A stretch of DNA of 63,627 nt from Myxococcales bacterium (lineage in GTDB: Bacteria; Myxococcota; UBA727; VGSZ01): positions 1 to 63,627 of the forward strand of contig JAHFED010000033.1 of NCBI GenBank assembly GCA_023248635.1, given 5' to 3'. A program made the position numbers and the translations under genes. The notes beneath the pieces were generated by a model that was not told the origin of the DNA, did not search any database, and saw only the letters and a program-made list of their open reading frames with translations. Positions within the stretch are counted from its first letter, which is position 1, and every line of letters starts with the position of its first letter. Positions 40,396-50,393 of this stretch are shown here, piece after piece.

Positions 40396-42009
40396 TCAGG
40401 GGAGCTGCTCGACGGTGGCCCGGGCCTCAGCCTCTTCGTCATCAGACAGAGAAGCCGGCTCGACATCGTTTGATTTGATGTACGATGCAAGCTCACCAAT
40501 GGCGTAGGCCAGGCCGATGCGGGCGGTCTCGAGATCGAGGCGGGCCCGGGTGGCGTCGACGGAGGCGGCGAAGGCTCCCAAGCGGGCATCGCTGACGTCG
40601 CTTTGGGTGATGGCTCCTTCGGCGTAGAGACTGTCGGCTTGGGCTGCGGTCTGGTTTGCCAGCTGCGCCAGCTCCGCGGTCGTCGTCATGTTTTCCTTTT
40701 TCAGCGCGAGGTCGTCGAGGGTGCCCCGCAGCTCGCGCTCGATGCTCTCTTCGAGTTGGTGGGTGCGCAGCAGCTCTTGGGTGAGTCGAGCGTTGGCGCT
40801 GTCGATGGCGCCGATGGTCTGACCGCCGTCGTAGAGGGGCAGCGTGCCCTGCACGATGACCGCACCTGTAAAGGGTTGGGATGCAAAACCAGCAGTATTT
40901 GATGTATAGCGACCCTGCGCGACCAGTTGAAAGCTCGGCAAGAAGCGCATCCAAGCGTCTTGTTTGGCGCGATCGGCGAGGGCGAGCATTTCTTTTTGCA
41001 CCCGCAGGTCGACGCGGGCGTCGCGGGCCCGTTGCAGCAGCGTGTCGAAGGGCACCGATTCGTTGAGCGCTTCTACCGCTGGGGGAGCTTCGACGTCGAA
41101 GTCGTCGATGACGCCGAGGAGGCCGGCGAGCCCCGCCTTGGCAGTGCGCAAGCCGCCGCGGGCCTGGCGCTCTTGGTGTTCGGCCTTTTTGACCTCGAGC
41201 AAGGCCCGGTCAACGGCGAGATCGGTGACGTAGCCCAGCTCATGGCGCGACGTCGTCGTCGTCAAGTGGCGCTTGGTGCTCTCGACCTGCTCGCTGGCGG
41301 TGTGCACCAGCTCTTGGGTGGCGGCGAGCAAGTAGTAGGTGCGGGCCACGCCCCAGAGCACGCTGGCCTTGGCTTGCTGCGAGGAGAGGCGCGTGATTTC
41401 GACGGCGCCGTAGGCGTTTTGCAGCAGGGGCAGGGCGCGGCCGTTGAAGAGGGGCATGGCGAGGGTGACGTTACCGGCGACGGTGTGGGCCGGCGAGATC
41501 ACGAAGCTGGGGACTTCGGCTGCGCGCAGATCTTTGGCGGTGGCGCGCAGGGCCGCGGCTTGTTCGGCGGCGGCGCGGCGGGCGATGGGATCGGGGTTCT
41601 GGGCGGCGCCGGCGTCGGTGATGTTGGCGATGGAGTCAAAGAGCAGGGCCTGCTGGGCGAATTGGTCGGGGCTGCCGAGCTCGGCCTCCTGTTCGGGGAA
41701 GCTGTAGGTGTAGTCGGCGTGCAGGCTGATGTTGGGCAGGATCACGGCCCAAGCTTTGGTGACGTTGGCCTTGCTCTCGTCGAGACGGGCCTGGGTGATG
41801 CGCAGATCGGTGGAGCGCTCGGAGGCCCGGCGAAAGGCGTCGTCGAGCGTGATCAGCTGCGGGTGCTCGACGGGGCGCAGGCCGGCGTAGCCTGTGGTGC
41901 CAGCAGGGGGGCCCGAGGTCGGACCCGCGGGGGCGTCTTGGGCCAGGGCCGGCAGCGCACCCAGCAGCAAGGCGACGACGACGACGAAGGGCAGGGGGCG
42001 CGCGCTCAT
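40396..42009 (-). CDS. outer-membrane efflux protein, TolC family
   Basis: Signal peptide (PLPFVVVVALLLGALPALAQ) and two tandem OEP repeats with the characteristic helical/barrel alternation. Start ATG 42009 overlaps the marR stop (ATGA). Confidence 0.8.
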   Translation of the reverse strand: MSARPLPFVVVVALLLGALPALAQDAPAGPTSGPPAGTTGYAGLRPVEHPQLITLDDAFRRASERSTDLRITQARLDESKANVTKAWAVILPNISLHADYTYSFPEQEAELGSPDQFAQQALLFDSIANITDAGAAQNPDPIARRAAAEQAAALRATAKDLRAAEVPSFVISPAHTVAGNVTLAMPLFNGRALPLLQNAYGAVEITRLSSQQAKASVLWGVARTYYLLAATQELVHTASEQVESTKRHLTTTTSRHELGYVTDLAVDRALLEVKKAEHQERQARGGLRTAKAGLAGLLGVIDDFDVEAPPAVEALNESVPFDTLLQRARDARVDLRVQKEMLALADRAKQDAWMRFLPSFQLVAQGRYTSNTAGFASQPFTGAVIVQGTLPLYDGGQTIGAIDSANARLTQELLRTHQLEESIERELRGTLDDLALKKENMTTTAELAQLANQTAAQADSLYAEGAITQSDVSDARLGAFAASVDATRARLDLETARIGLAYAIGELASYIKSNDVEPASLSDDEEAEARATVEQLP

Positions 42010-42464
42010 GGTGGGGTCTTTTCGGCGAAGGCGTCGGCGATGCGGCCCATGAGCCGCACGAAGGTTTCGCGGTCGTCGGGCTCGAGGGCTTGGAGCACGC
42101 GACCCATGCGCTCGCTCATGTGCTCGTCGAGGATGGCGAAGGCCTGGTGTCCAGTCTCTGTGAGGTGCAGGCGGACCAGGCGGCGGTCGTCGTCGTCGCG
42201 CTCGCGCTTCACCAGTCCCTGCTTTTCCAAGCGATCGACCAGCCCAGTGAGGGTGGGACCCGAAGCACACATGCGCTGCGCCAACGCCGTCGTCGGCAGG
42301 CCTTCAGGGGCCGTGGCCAGGCAGGCGATGAGATGGATTTGCGGGCCGGTGAGATCGGGGTGGGCGGCGTGCAGCGGGTCGCGAAGGGCGCGGTGGGTCA
42401 GCAGCCGGCGAAACACCGACTTGATCTCCAGCACTTGTTGGTTCACATCGCGAACAGTTGCCAC
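42006..42464 (-). CDS. MarR family transcriptional regulator
   Basis: Winged helix LTGPQIHLIACLATAPEGLPTTALAQRMCASGPTLTGLVDRLEKQGLVKRERDDDDRRLVRLHLT. Co-transcribed with the tolC-like gene. Confidence 0.85.
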   Translation of the reverse strand: MATVRDVNQQVLEIKSVFRRLLTHRALRDPLHAAHPDLTGPQIHLIACLATAPEGLPTTALAQRMCASGPTLTGLVDRLEKQGLVKRERDDDDRRLVRLHLTETGHQAFAILDEHMSERMGRVLQALEPDDRETFVRLMGRIADAFAEKTPP

Positions 42465-42579
42465 GGGAAATATTTAGCGCTATGAAGTTTCCGCGTCAAG
42501 GCAGCTTGGCACTGGAAGGGCGCCCCACCGTGCCCGACCGACCGTACCGAATCGTGGGATCGGAAAGAGAAGTTTGGCA

Positions 42580-43245
42580 ATGCACGGCGTCAGCTCCCCC
42601 CTTCTTGCTCTGGCCTTGTTGCTCCCCCTCGCGGCTTGTTCGTCGCCCAACCTCGTCGTCGAAGTGCTGCCTCCGCGCACCTCGATCACCTGTGCGGCGC
42701 CGTCGCGGACCGATCCGGCGCTCGGCCGCGGCCTCCTCGATGTCAGCGCCACCCTGGGCACCCACGGCAGCTACATCGCCGACCTGCGCTTGAGCCTGCA
42801 GGGACAAGACGCCCGCCTCACTGGAGTCAGCGTCGCCTACGAGTTGCCCGCCGGCGCGCCTGCCAAGGTGCAACAGACCGCCAACGACGTCGCCGGCGAC
42901 GTGGTGGTGGGCGACGTGTTGCTGGCCGGCGCCGACGACGATCTGCGCAGTGCCGTGCTCGAAAACGTCGAGCTGGTGCCCCGCGACCTCGCGCTGGAGT
43001 TTCAAGCCGACACCGATCTCGGTCTCTCCGACGTCGAATTCGCGCGCCTGGGGGTCACCATCACCCCCCTCCTCGACGGCGACACGGCCACGGCCACTTC
43101 GTCGGGCTTCGCCATCGATCTCTGCAAGGGTTGCCTGGTGACGCCGCCGTCGGTCTGTGCCGAAGACGGGGAATTCACTTTGAACCCCGCGGTGTGCCGT
43201 CCGGGGCAAGACACGCCCCTGTTCTTTTGCACGGTCGCGCCATGA
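42580..43245 (+). CDS. hypothetical lipoprotein (first gene of the efflux operon)
   Basis: Lipobox LLLPLAACSS. Its stop overlaps the MFP start (ATGA). No family recognised. Confidence 0.45.
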   Translation: MHGVSSPLLALALLLPLAACSSPNLVVEVLPPRTSITCAAPSRTDPALGRGLLDVSATLGTHGSYIADLRLSLQGQDARLTGVSVAYELPAGAPAKVQQTANDVAGDVVVGDVLLAGADDDLRSAVLENVELVPRDLALEFQADTDLGLSDVEFARLGVTITPLLDGDTATATSSGFAIDLCKGCLVTPPSVCAEDGEFTLNPAVCRPGQDTPLFFCTVAP

Positions 43246-44381
43246 AGAAGCTCCTCCCCGTCGTCGTCGTCGTCGTCGTCTTGGTGGCGCTCTTTGCGGT
43301 GCGCATCGCCCAGTCCAAGGAGAAGGCCGCCATCGCCAAAGCAGACACGGGCAAAGAAGTGGTGATGGCGGTGAAGACCGCGCTCGTCGCTGAGAAGGAC
43401 CTGCCGCAGGTCTTGCAGATCACCGGCTCGGTGCGCGCAACCAATGAAGTGCAAGTGCTCCCCAAGATGCCCGGACGTGTGACCAGCGTGCGCGTCGACG
43501 TCGGCAGCGTGGTCAAAGCCGGCGACGTCCTCGCCGTCGTCGAAGCCATCGACATGTCCTTGCGGGTCAAGCTCGCCGAGGCCCAATTGCAGGGTGCCAA
43601 GGCCGGCCTCGAGCAGGCGAAGGTGCAACAGGCCCAGGTCCACCGCGGCTTGCAGCGGGCGACGGCGCTCAAAGACAAAGGCGCCCTCAGCCTCACCGAC
43701 TTCGAGCAGGCCGAGCTGGGCAGCAAGCTCGCCGACGTCGGCATCCTCGGCGCCGAAGCCCAGGTGGCCCTCGCCGACGCCAACCTGGCCATCGCGCAGA
43801 AGGCTTTTGATGACACACGAATCACCACGCCGGTCGCTGGTGTGATCACCAAGAAAAACACCAATATCGGCGCCATGGCCAACCCGATGATGCCGGCCTT
43901 CGCCGTGCAAGACCAAAGTGCCCTCAAGCTCGAGGGCTCGGTGCCCGCGGGCTATGTCGCCACGCTCAAGGTGGGCGCCGTCGTCACCGTTCTCGTCGAC
44001 GAATTGCCCGGCCGCTCCTTTCCGGGCACCGTCTCGCGCGTGGCCCCGAGCCTCGACGCCGACACCCGCCGCGGCGCCATCGAGGTCAGCCTCGCGCCGG
44101 CGCCAGACCTGCTTCCTTATATGTTTGGTCGTGCGCAAATCTCGTTTGGAAATACCGCAGACGTCGTCGTCGTTCCTTCTTCCGCTGTGTTGTCTGTGGG
44201 TGGGCAGCCATCGGTCTACGTCGTGAAGCACGACAAGGCGACCCTGGTGCACCCCAAGCTCGGCGCCAAACACCTCGATGACGTCGTCGTCGAAGCCGGG
44301 CTGGTGGCTGGCGACGCCGTGGTCATCTCGGGAGACGCGGGTCTCGCCGATGGGGCCTCAGTCTCGGTGCAGGGAACCTGA
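43242..44381 (+). CDS. efflux RND transporter periplasmic adaptor subunit (MFP/HlyD family)
   Basis: N-terminal TM anchor MKKLLPVVVVVVVLVALFAV, then biotinyl/lipoyl-like (VKAGDVLAVV), coiled-coil hairpin, beta-barrel and MP domains. Confidence 0.85.
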   Translation: MKKLLPVVVVVVVLVALFAVRIAQSKEKAAIAKADTGKEVVMAVKTALVAEKDLPQVLQITGSVRATNEVQVLPKMPGRVTSVRVDVGSVVKAGDVLAVVEAIDMSLRVKLAEAQLQGAKAGLEQAKVQQAQVHRGLQRATALKDKGALSLTDFEQAELGSKLADVGILGAEAQVALADANLAIAQKAFDDTRITTPVAGVITKKNTNIGAMANPMMPAFAVQDQSALKLEGSVPAGYVATLKVGAVVTVLVDELPGRSFPGTVSRVAPSLDADTRRGAIEVSLAPAPDLLPYMFGRAQISFGNTADVVVVPSSAVLSVGGQPSVYVVKHDKATLVHPKLGAKHLDDVVVEAGLVAGDAVVISGDAGLADGASVSVQGT

Positions 44382-44414
44382 CGACGTCGTCCGTCACAGC
44401 AGGAAGGTTTCGAC

Positions 44415-47400
44415 ATGAAGGTCTCAGACGTCGCCATCGACCGTCCGGTGTTCACCACCATGTGCGTCGTGGCCACGCTGGTGATGGGCGCGCTCGGGCT
44501 CACCAAGCTCGGCATCGATCTCTTTCCCGACGTCAGCTTTCCCGTCGTCGCCATCACCACGGCCTATCCCGGTGCCGGGCCCGAAGAGATCGAGCAGCAG
44601 GTCACGCGGCGCATCGAAGACGCGGTGTCGACCATCAACGGCGTCGACACCGTGCGCAGTTACTCGCGCGATTCGGTCTCTGTCGTCGTCGTCATGTTCA
44701 AGCTCAGCGCTCCCGAGCTGCAGGCCAGCAACGACGTGCGCGATCGCATCCAGCAGGTGAAGGCCCTGCTGCCCACCGACGCCCAAGATCCGATCATGCA
44801 GCGCTTCGATCCTTCGGCGGCGCCGATCATGACCTACGCCGTGCGCGCCGAAGGCAAGACGCCGCAGCAGACCACGCGCCTCATCAACGATGTCTTTCGC
44901 CCCGCCCTCGAGTCCGTCGACGGCGTCGGCTCCGTCGTCATCAAGGGCGGTCAGGAGCGCGAGCTGCGGGTCGAGCTCAACCAGAGCAAGTTGCAGGGCC
45001 TCGGCCTCTCCGTCGGCCTCGTCAGCCAGCTCTTGCGCCTCGAGAGCCTCGACCTGCCGGGCGGCCGCCTCACCAGCAACGGCCGCGAGTTTTCCGTGCG
45101 GGCCACCGGACGTTTCAAGAGCGCCGACGACGTCGAAAACGTGGTGCTCTCGAGTAAGCCCGACGGCACCCAGATTCGCGTCAAAGACGTCGGCGTCGTG
45201 AAAGACGACATCGCCGAAGTCCGTGTCATCACCCGCGTCAATGGCGAGCCGGCGGTGTTCTTCGACGTCCAGAAGCAGTCGGGCTCGAACACCGTCGCGG
45301 TCTCAGACGGCGTCGCTACCGCGCTGGAACGGCTGCAATTGCGCCTCGATAAAGGGGTCAAGATGACCCTGCTCAATGAGCAGGCGAAATACATCAGAAA
45401 CAACATTCATCGCCTGCGCGAGCACCTCATCATCGGCGGTATCCTCGCCATCATGGTGATCTTTTTCTTCATGTTGGATGTGCGCTCGACGCTGATTTCG
45501 GCTGCTGCATTGCCGACCTCGATCATCGCGACGTTCTTTGTGCTCTGGCAGCTGGGCTTCAGCCTGAACCTCATGTCGATGCTGGCGATGACGCTGTCGA
45601 TCGGCCTGCTCATCGATGACAGCGTCGTCGTACGCGAGAACATCTTTCGGCATCTCGAGCTGGGTGCTGACCCCGTCACCGCGGCCCGCAAGGGCACGTC
45701 GGAAATCGCCCTCGCGGTCTTTGCGACGACGATGACCATCGTGGCCGTGTTTCTGCCGGTGGCCTTCATGGACGGCATCATCGGCCAGTTCTTCAAGCAG
45801 TTTGGCCTGACGTTGACGGCGGCGGTGCTGGTCTCGCTCGCCGTCAGCTTCACTCTCGACCCGATGTTGTCGGCGCGCATCGCCCAGCGCATCGATCCCG
45901 ATCGCCACGAGAAGATGAAGATTCACTGGTTCTACGGTCCGCCGACGCGGCTGTTTTCTTGGATGGACCGCAGCTACCGCGACATCCTGCGCTTGGCTCT
46001 GCGCTTCAAAAAGACCGTCGTCGCCGGCGCTGCTTTGATGTTCGTGGCGTCGTTGGTGCTGACCCAGTTCATGGGCACCGAGTTCATGGCCCGCGGCGAT
46101 CAAGGCAAGTTCAAGATCAGCTTCGAAGGACCGCCGGGCGTCGCGCTGGCCGCCAATGACGCGCGCGCCAAGCAGGCTGAACAGATCGTGATGGCGGTTC
46201 CCGAGGTGAAAAACGTCATCACCACCGTCGGCGTCGACCGCGATGCCAGCAAGTTCGAGATGATCGTGTTGATCTCGCCCAAGGAGGGGCGCGCCATCAC
46301 CATCGAGCAGATGATGGAGGAGGCGCGCACCAAGCTCGCCGTCGTCGCTGGCATCACCTACAAATTCTCCATCCCCGGCGCGGTCGAAAACGGCCAGCAG
46401 CCCGCGCCCATTCAGCTCACGATTTCGGGACCAGACTTCAAAGAGCTCGAGCGCCTGGGTCAGGCCACGGTGAACCTGGTGAAGTCGACGCCCGGCACGC
46501 GCGACGTCGGCACCGACCTCAAACCCGGCTCACCCGAGCAACGCTTCGTCGTCAACCGCTCTCGCGCTGCCGACAAAGGCGTCAGCTTCATCGCCGCGGC
46601 CCAGGCCCTGCGCTTCTCGGTCGAGGGCGACATCGTCAGCACCATCGCCGACGGCAGCGACGACGTCGACGTGCGCGTGCGCCTGCGCGACGAAGACCGC
46701 GTCGACGTCGAACGCTTGAAGCAGATCGTGGTTGGCGCTCGTCCAGGACCGATGGGACAAAGCCAGCTCGTGCACCTCGACGAAATCGTCGACGTCGTCG
46801 AAGCCCCGACTCCTGCCAGCATCACCCGCAGCAACCGCCTGCGCGCGCTCACCGTCAGCTCGAACATGAAGAACCGCTCGCTGGGCGAGATCACCGGCGA
46901 CGTCAAAAAGGGCATCGAGGCTTTGCACGCGCCCCCCGGCTACATCTTCAAGTGGGAGGGCGAAGCCGAGAACATGCGCGACACCATGACGAATATGTTG
47001 ATTGCGCTTGGTCTTGCGGTTATTTTTATCTACTTGATCCTGGCGTCGCAGTTCGAATCCTTCGTGCATCCTTTCACCATCATGCTGGCCCTCCCGCTGG
47101 CCATCATCGGGGCGCTGGCGGCCTTGTTCCTGGCCAACATCTCCATCGGCATGCCGGCGATGATCGGCATCATCTTGCTGATGGGTCTGGTGGTGAAAAA
47201 CGGCATCTTGCTCGTCGACTACACAAACCAGGTGCGCGAACGCACGGGCAAGGGCCCGAACGAAGCCCTGCTCGAGGCTGCTCCGGTGCGCTTGCGGCCC
47301 ATCTTGATGACCTCGTCGGCCATCGTGCTCGGCGAAGTGCCGACGGCGCTGTCGAGGGCGGAGGGCTCGGAGTTCAACGTGCCCATGGCAGTGGCTGTGA

Positions 47401-47549
47401 TCGGCGGGGTCATCACGTCGACGCTGCTGACGCTGGTGGTGGTGCCGGTCGTTTACACTTGGATCGATCGGTTCAGCATCAAGAAGTATCATCAATCGAC
47501 GACGCCGCCGCCGGCGACACCAGCTCATATTTCGACGCCGGCAGAATAG
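44415..47549 (+). CDS. efflux RND transporter permease subunit (AcrB/HAE1-like)
   Basis: 1044 aa with 12 TM helices and two large periplasmic loops. N-terminal signature RPVFTTMCVVATLVMGALGLTKLGIDLFPDVSFPVVAITTAYPGAGPEEIE. Confidence 0.9.
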   Translation: MKVSDVAIDRPVFTTMCVVATLVMGALGLTKLGIDLFPDVSFPVVAITTAYPGAGPEEIEQQVTRRIEDAVSTINGVDTVRSYSRDSVSVVVVMFKLSAPELQASNDVRDRIQQVKALLPTDAQDPIMQRFDPSAAPIMTYAVRAEGKTPQQTTRLINDVFRPALESVDGVGSVVIKGGQERELRVELNQSKLQGLGLSVGLVSQLLRLESLDLPGGRLTSNGREFSVRATGRFKSADDVENVVLSSKPDGTQIRVKDVGVVKDDIAEVRVITRVNGEPAVFFDVQKQSGSNTVAVSDGVATALERLQLRLDKGVKMTLLNEQAKYIRNNIHRLREHLIIGGILAIMVIFFFMLDVRSTLISAAALPTSIIATFFVLWQLGFSLNLMSMLAMTLSIGLLIDDSVVVRENIFRHLELGADPVTAARKGTSEIALAVFATTMTIVAVFLPVAFMDGIIGQFFKQFGLTLTAAVLVSLAVSFTLDPMLSARIAQRIDPDRHEKMKIHWFYGPPTRLFSWMDRSYRDILRLALRFKKTVVAGAALMFVASLVLTQFMGTEFMARGDQGKFKISFEGPPGVALAANDARAKQAEQIVMAVPEVKNVITTVGVDRDASKFEMIVLISPKEGRAITIEQMMEEARTKLAVVAGITYKFSIPGAVENGQQPAPIQLTISGPDFKELERLGQATVNLVKSTPGTRDVGTDLKPGSPEQRFVVNRSRAADKGVSFIAAAQALRFSVEGDIVSTIADGSDDVDVRVRLRDEDRVDVERLKQIVVGARPGPMGQSQLVHLDEIVDVVEAPTPASITRSNRLRALTVSSNMKNRSLGEITGDVKKGIEALHAPPGYIFKWEGEAENMRDTMTNMLIALGLAVIFIYLILASQFESFVHPFTIMLALPLAIIGALAALFLANISIGMPAMIGIILLMGLVVKNGILLVDYTNQVRERTGKGPNEALLEAAPVRLRPILMTSSAIVLGEVPTALSRAEGSEFNVPMAVAVIGGVITSTLLTLVVVPVVYTWIDRFSIKKYHQSTTPPPATPAHISTPAE

Positions 47550-47553
47550 GCAG

Positions 47554-48282
47554 TCAGCGCGCGTCGCGCCACAGCGACAGGGCTTCGGCGAAGGCGAGGT
47601 CGGTGGCGCCGGGGTCGTAGCGGGGGCCGATGTCGCGGGCGAAGGCGTGGTCGGCGTCGTAGAGGCGGGGTTCCCAGCGGACGCCGGCGTCGTCGAGGGC
47701 GCGGTGGATCTTGGCGCGGCCCGGGGCGGGGATGTGGGGATCGTTGCGTCCCCAGACCATGAGCAAGCTGCCTTTGATGTCTTTGGCGCGGGCCAGGCTG
47801 TCGACGTCGCCGCCGCCCAATTTGTCGGCATGGATGCCGGTGCCGTAGCAGCAGACCGTGGCTTTGACGTCTGGGTCGAGGGCCGCTCGGAAGGCCAGGT
47901 GACCGCCGTAGCAGAAGCCGCTGGCGACGACGACGTCGCTGACATGGGGCAGGCTCTTGCAGTGCTCGATGACAGCGCGGCGGTCGGCGTCGGCGGCGGC
48001 TCCGTCTCCCTTGGCTTGGGCGTCGAGGGCGCCTTGGCGGTCTTTGTCGAAGTCGAGCACCGTGCCCGTCGGCAGAAAGCGTGCCCAGGGCTCGGGGCTG
48101 ACGACGACGTAACCGTGGCCGGCAAAGCGGCGCATCACGCGCAGGTGGGGCTCGGTGTTGCCGAAGATGTCGCCAAAGCAGAGCAGCAGCGGGAATTTGC
48201 CGGTGGCCGTTGGTCGCGCGACGGCACAACGCACCACGGTCTTGGGTCCGGCGACGTCGACGAATTCGTTTTGGATCAGCAT
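47554..48282 (-). CDS. dienelactone hydrolase family protein
   Basis: DLH fold with a Cys nucleophile elbow (GFCYGGHLA) and a late His (DADHAF). Start ATG 48282 shares 1 nt with the NUDIX stop. Confidence 0.65.
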   Translation of the reverse strand: MLIQNEFVDVAGPKTVVRCAVARPTATGKFPLLLCFGDIFGNTEPHLRVMRRFAGHGYVVVSPEPWARFLPTGTVLDFDKDRQGALDAQAKGDGAAADADRRAVIEHCKSLPHVSDVVVASGFCYGGHLAFRAALDPDVKATVCCYGTGIHADKLGGGDVDSLARAKDIKGSLLMVWGRNDPHIPAPGRAKIHRALDDAGVRWEPRLYDADHAFARDIGPRYDPGATDLAFAEALSLWRDAR

Positions 48283-48692
48283 CAAGAGGCTCCGCGCAAC
48301 AGAGGGATCAAGCGATCGAGGAAGGGGACCTGGTCGACGTGCAGCAGCTTGCGGGCGGCGTCGACGGGAACGAGCTCGCAGCGATCGATCTCCCACGAGG
48401 CGCAGCGCGGCTCTTGATCGGCGGGCAGCTCGGCGGCGAAGGCCGTCACCCGCTTCTTGCTTTTCTGGTAGTCGATGTGGCCCAAGGGACGGACAGGCCC
48501 TGTGACGACGACGCCGACCTCCTCTTGCACTTCGCGCCGCGCGCTCTGCTCGAGGGTTTCGAAGGCATCGGGTTCGCCCTTGGGCAGGCTCCAAGCCGCG
48601 TTCTTGTTGTAGGCGCCCGAGGGGTGCACGACGAGCACACAGAGTCCTGAGGGCGTCAGGCGGTAGAGCAGCAGCCCGGCGGACTGCTTCAC
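48282..48692 (-). CDS. NUDIX hydrolase
   Basis: Nudix box GEPDAFETLEQSARREVQEEVGV (Gx5Ex7REuxEExGu). GTG start overlaps the upstream stop (GTGA). Confidence 0.75.
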   Translation of the reverse strand: MKQSAGLLLYRLTPSGLCVLVVHPSGAYNKNAAWSLPKGEPDAFETLEQSARREVQEEVGVVVTGPVRPLGHIDYQKSKKRVTAFAAELPADQEPRCASWEIDRCELVPVDAARKLLHVDQVPFLDRLIPLLRGAS

Positions 48693-49492
48693 GCTGTGCT
48701 CATGTTCACGCCGCGGGCGCCGCCTGAGAAGCGCACGCTGCAGCGGCCGACGCCGTGGACGTCGACGTCGATGACATCACCGACTTCGACGGGCACCACC
48801 GGACACAGGGCTCCCGACAAGACGACGTCGCCGGCGCGCAGCGGGGTTCCTCTTTGGGCCAGGGTGCGTGCGAGCCAGACCACGGCGTTCACGGGATTGC
48901 CCAGACAGGCGGCCCCCGCACCCGACGACGCCACCCGCCCGTTCTTGCGCAGCGCGCAGCCCACCAGGGGCAGATCGAGCCCGCGCAACGAGGTCTTCGT
49001 CGACGACATCACGAAGCGTGCGGAGCTGGCGTTGTCGGCGACCGTGTCTGCCAGCGTGAGCTTCCAGTCTTTCACGCGCGAGTCGATGATCTCGATGCTG
49101 GCACCAATCCAGGCGGTGGCGCTGACGACGTCGACGGCGGTGCAGCGGGGCAGGTCGAGGTCCCGCTCGAGCACGAAGGCGATCTCGCCTTCGACCCGCG
49201 GTTGCAGCAGAGCCGAGCGCTCGCAGGTGCCGCCGTCGTCGACGATCATGTCGTCGAGCAAGGCGCCGAAATCGGGCTCGCTGACCTTGAGCCAGTCCAT
49301 CACGGCTTTGCTGGTGATGCCGATCTTGCGGCCCACCAAGCGCGCGCCGCGGGCCAGCCGTCGCTGCACATTCAATTGCTGAATGGCATAGGCGTCGTCG
49401 ACGGAGAGACTGCATTGGTCGCTGGGCTTGTCGATGGCGCAGCGCTGCCGTTCGGCATCGAAGAGAGCGTCGGCGACGTCGTGCAGGCTCAT
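48689..49492 (-). CDS. fumarylacetoacetate-hydrolase-family hydratase (2-keto-4-pentenoate hydratase MhpD/HpaH-like)
   Basis: FAH-fold hydratase pattern: Q..R...G....G.KIG; EGEIAFVL; metal-binding Glu/Asp in EIIDSR. Start ATG 49492 overlaps the ridA stop. Confidence 0.65.
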   Translation of the reverse strand: MSLHDVADALFDAERQRCAIDKPSDQCSLSVDDAYAIQQLNVQRRLARGARLVGRKIGITSKAVMDWLKVSEPDFGALLDDMIVDDGGTCERSALLQPRVEGEIAFVLERDLDLPRCTAVDVVSATAWIGASIEIIDSRVKDWKLTLADTVADNASSARFVMSSTKTSLRGLDLPLVGCALRKNGRVASSGAGAACLGNPVNAVVWLARTLAQRGTPLRAGDVVLSGALCPVVPVEVGDVIDVDVHGVGRCSVRFSGGARGVNMSTA

Positions 49493-49932
49493 GGGCGCCT
49501 CGCGATCAGCGCGGTGGCTTTCATCTCGACCAGCAGGTTGGGGTGGGGCAGCTGGTGCACAGCCACCGTCGTGCGCGCTGGGGCGCTGGCTTTGTCTGCG
49601 AAGCGCGCGTTCCACTCTTCGTTCATGCCGGCGTAGTCCGCCATGTCGACCAGAAACACAGTGATGTCGACGACGTCGGCGAGGGTGGCGCCGGCCGCCT
49701 GCAGGATCACGTCGATGTTGGTCAGCACCGCGCGGGTTTGGACGCGAATGTCTTTGTCGACGCTGCCGTCGGCGTGGAGGGTGACGCCCTCGTGCGTGTT
49801 GTCGGGTCGACGCGCGGAAATGCCCGAGACGAAGACGAAGGCGCCGTCGTTTCCGGCGGCGACGACGCGGGCGTGGGGGTAGCGGGCCAGGGCGGCGGCG
49901 CGATCGGGCAGGAGGATGGGATCGTTTTGCAT
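49489..49932 (-). CDS. RidA/YjgF/TdcF family reactive-intermediate deaminase
   Basis: YjgF signatures (VFVSGI; DITVFLVDMADYAGMNEEWNARF; ARTTVAV..LP....VEM). Start taken at MQNDP. Confidence 0.8.
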   Translation of the reverse strand: MQNDPILLPDRAAALARYPHARVVAAGNDGAFVFVSGISARRPDNTHEGVTLHADGSVDKDIRVQTRAVLTNIDVILQAAGATLADVVDITVFLVDMADYAGMNEEWNARFADKASAPARTTVAVHQLPHPNLLVEMKATALIARRP

Positions 49933-49988
49933 GGCCCTCTCGTCGTGCTGTGCGGCTAGCACGAGTTGCCCGGGGCGATCAGCGGGTC

Positions 49989-50339
49989 TCAGCCAAAGAC
50001 ACGGGCGACGTCGTCGTCTTTGAAGCCGACCAGCACGGCTTGGCCCGCGCGTTCGATGATGGGTCGCTTGATCAGCATGGGATCGGCGGCGAAGGCCTCA
50101 ATCCACCGGGCATCGCTCCAGCGGTCTTTGTCGTCGGGGAGGGCGCGGTACGAGCCACCCGAGGTGTTGCGGAGGGCTTTGGTGCCGAAAGCCTCCACCC
50201 AGACGCCGATGGTCGATGACGACGGCGGCGTGCTGCGCAGATCGGCGAAACGGTGGGCCAAGCCCCGTGCGGTCAAAAAAGCGCGGGCCTTTTTCACCGT
50301 GCTGCAACTTGGGATGCCCCAGACCACCAGTTCGCTCAT
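49989..50339 (-). CDS. ArsC/Spx-family thioredoxin-fold protein (YffB-like)
   Basis: 116 aa; N-terminal CxxS/T motif (WGIPSCSTVKKARAFL) and a C-terminal KRPII pattern, as in ArsC-family reductases. Confidence 0.7.
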   Translation of the reverse strand: MSELVVWGIPSCSTVKKARAFLTARGLAHRFADLRSTPPSSSTIGVWVEAFGTKALRNTSGGSYRALPDDKDRWSDARWIEAFAADPMLIKRPIIERAGQAVLVGFKDDDVARVFG

Positions 50340-50393
50340 GCACACTCCAGGAACGACGATGACGAAATCGAATGGGCTTTCTAGGCTCGTCGC

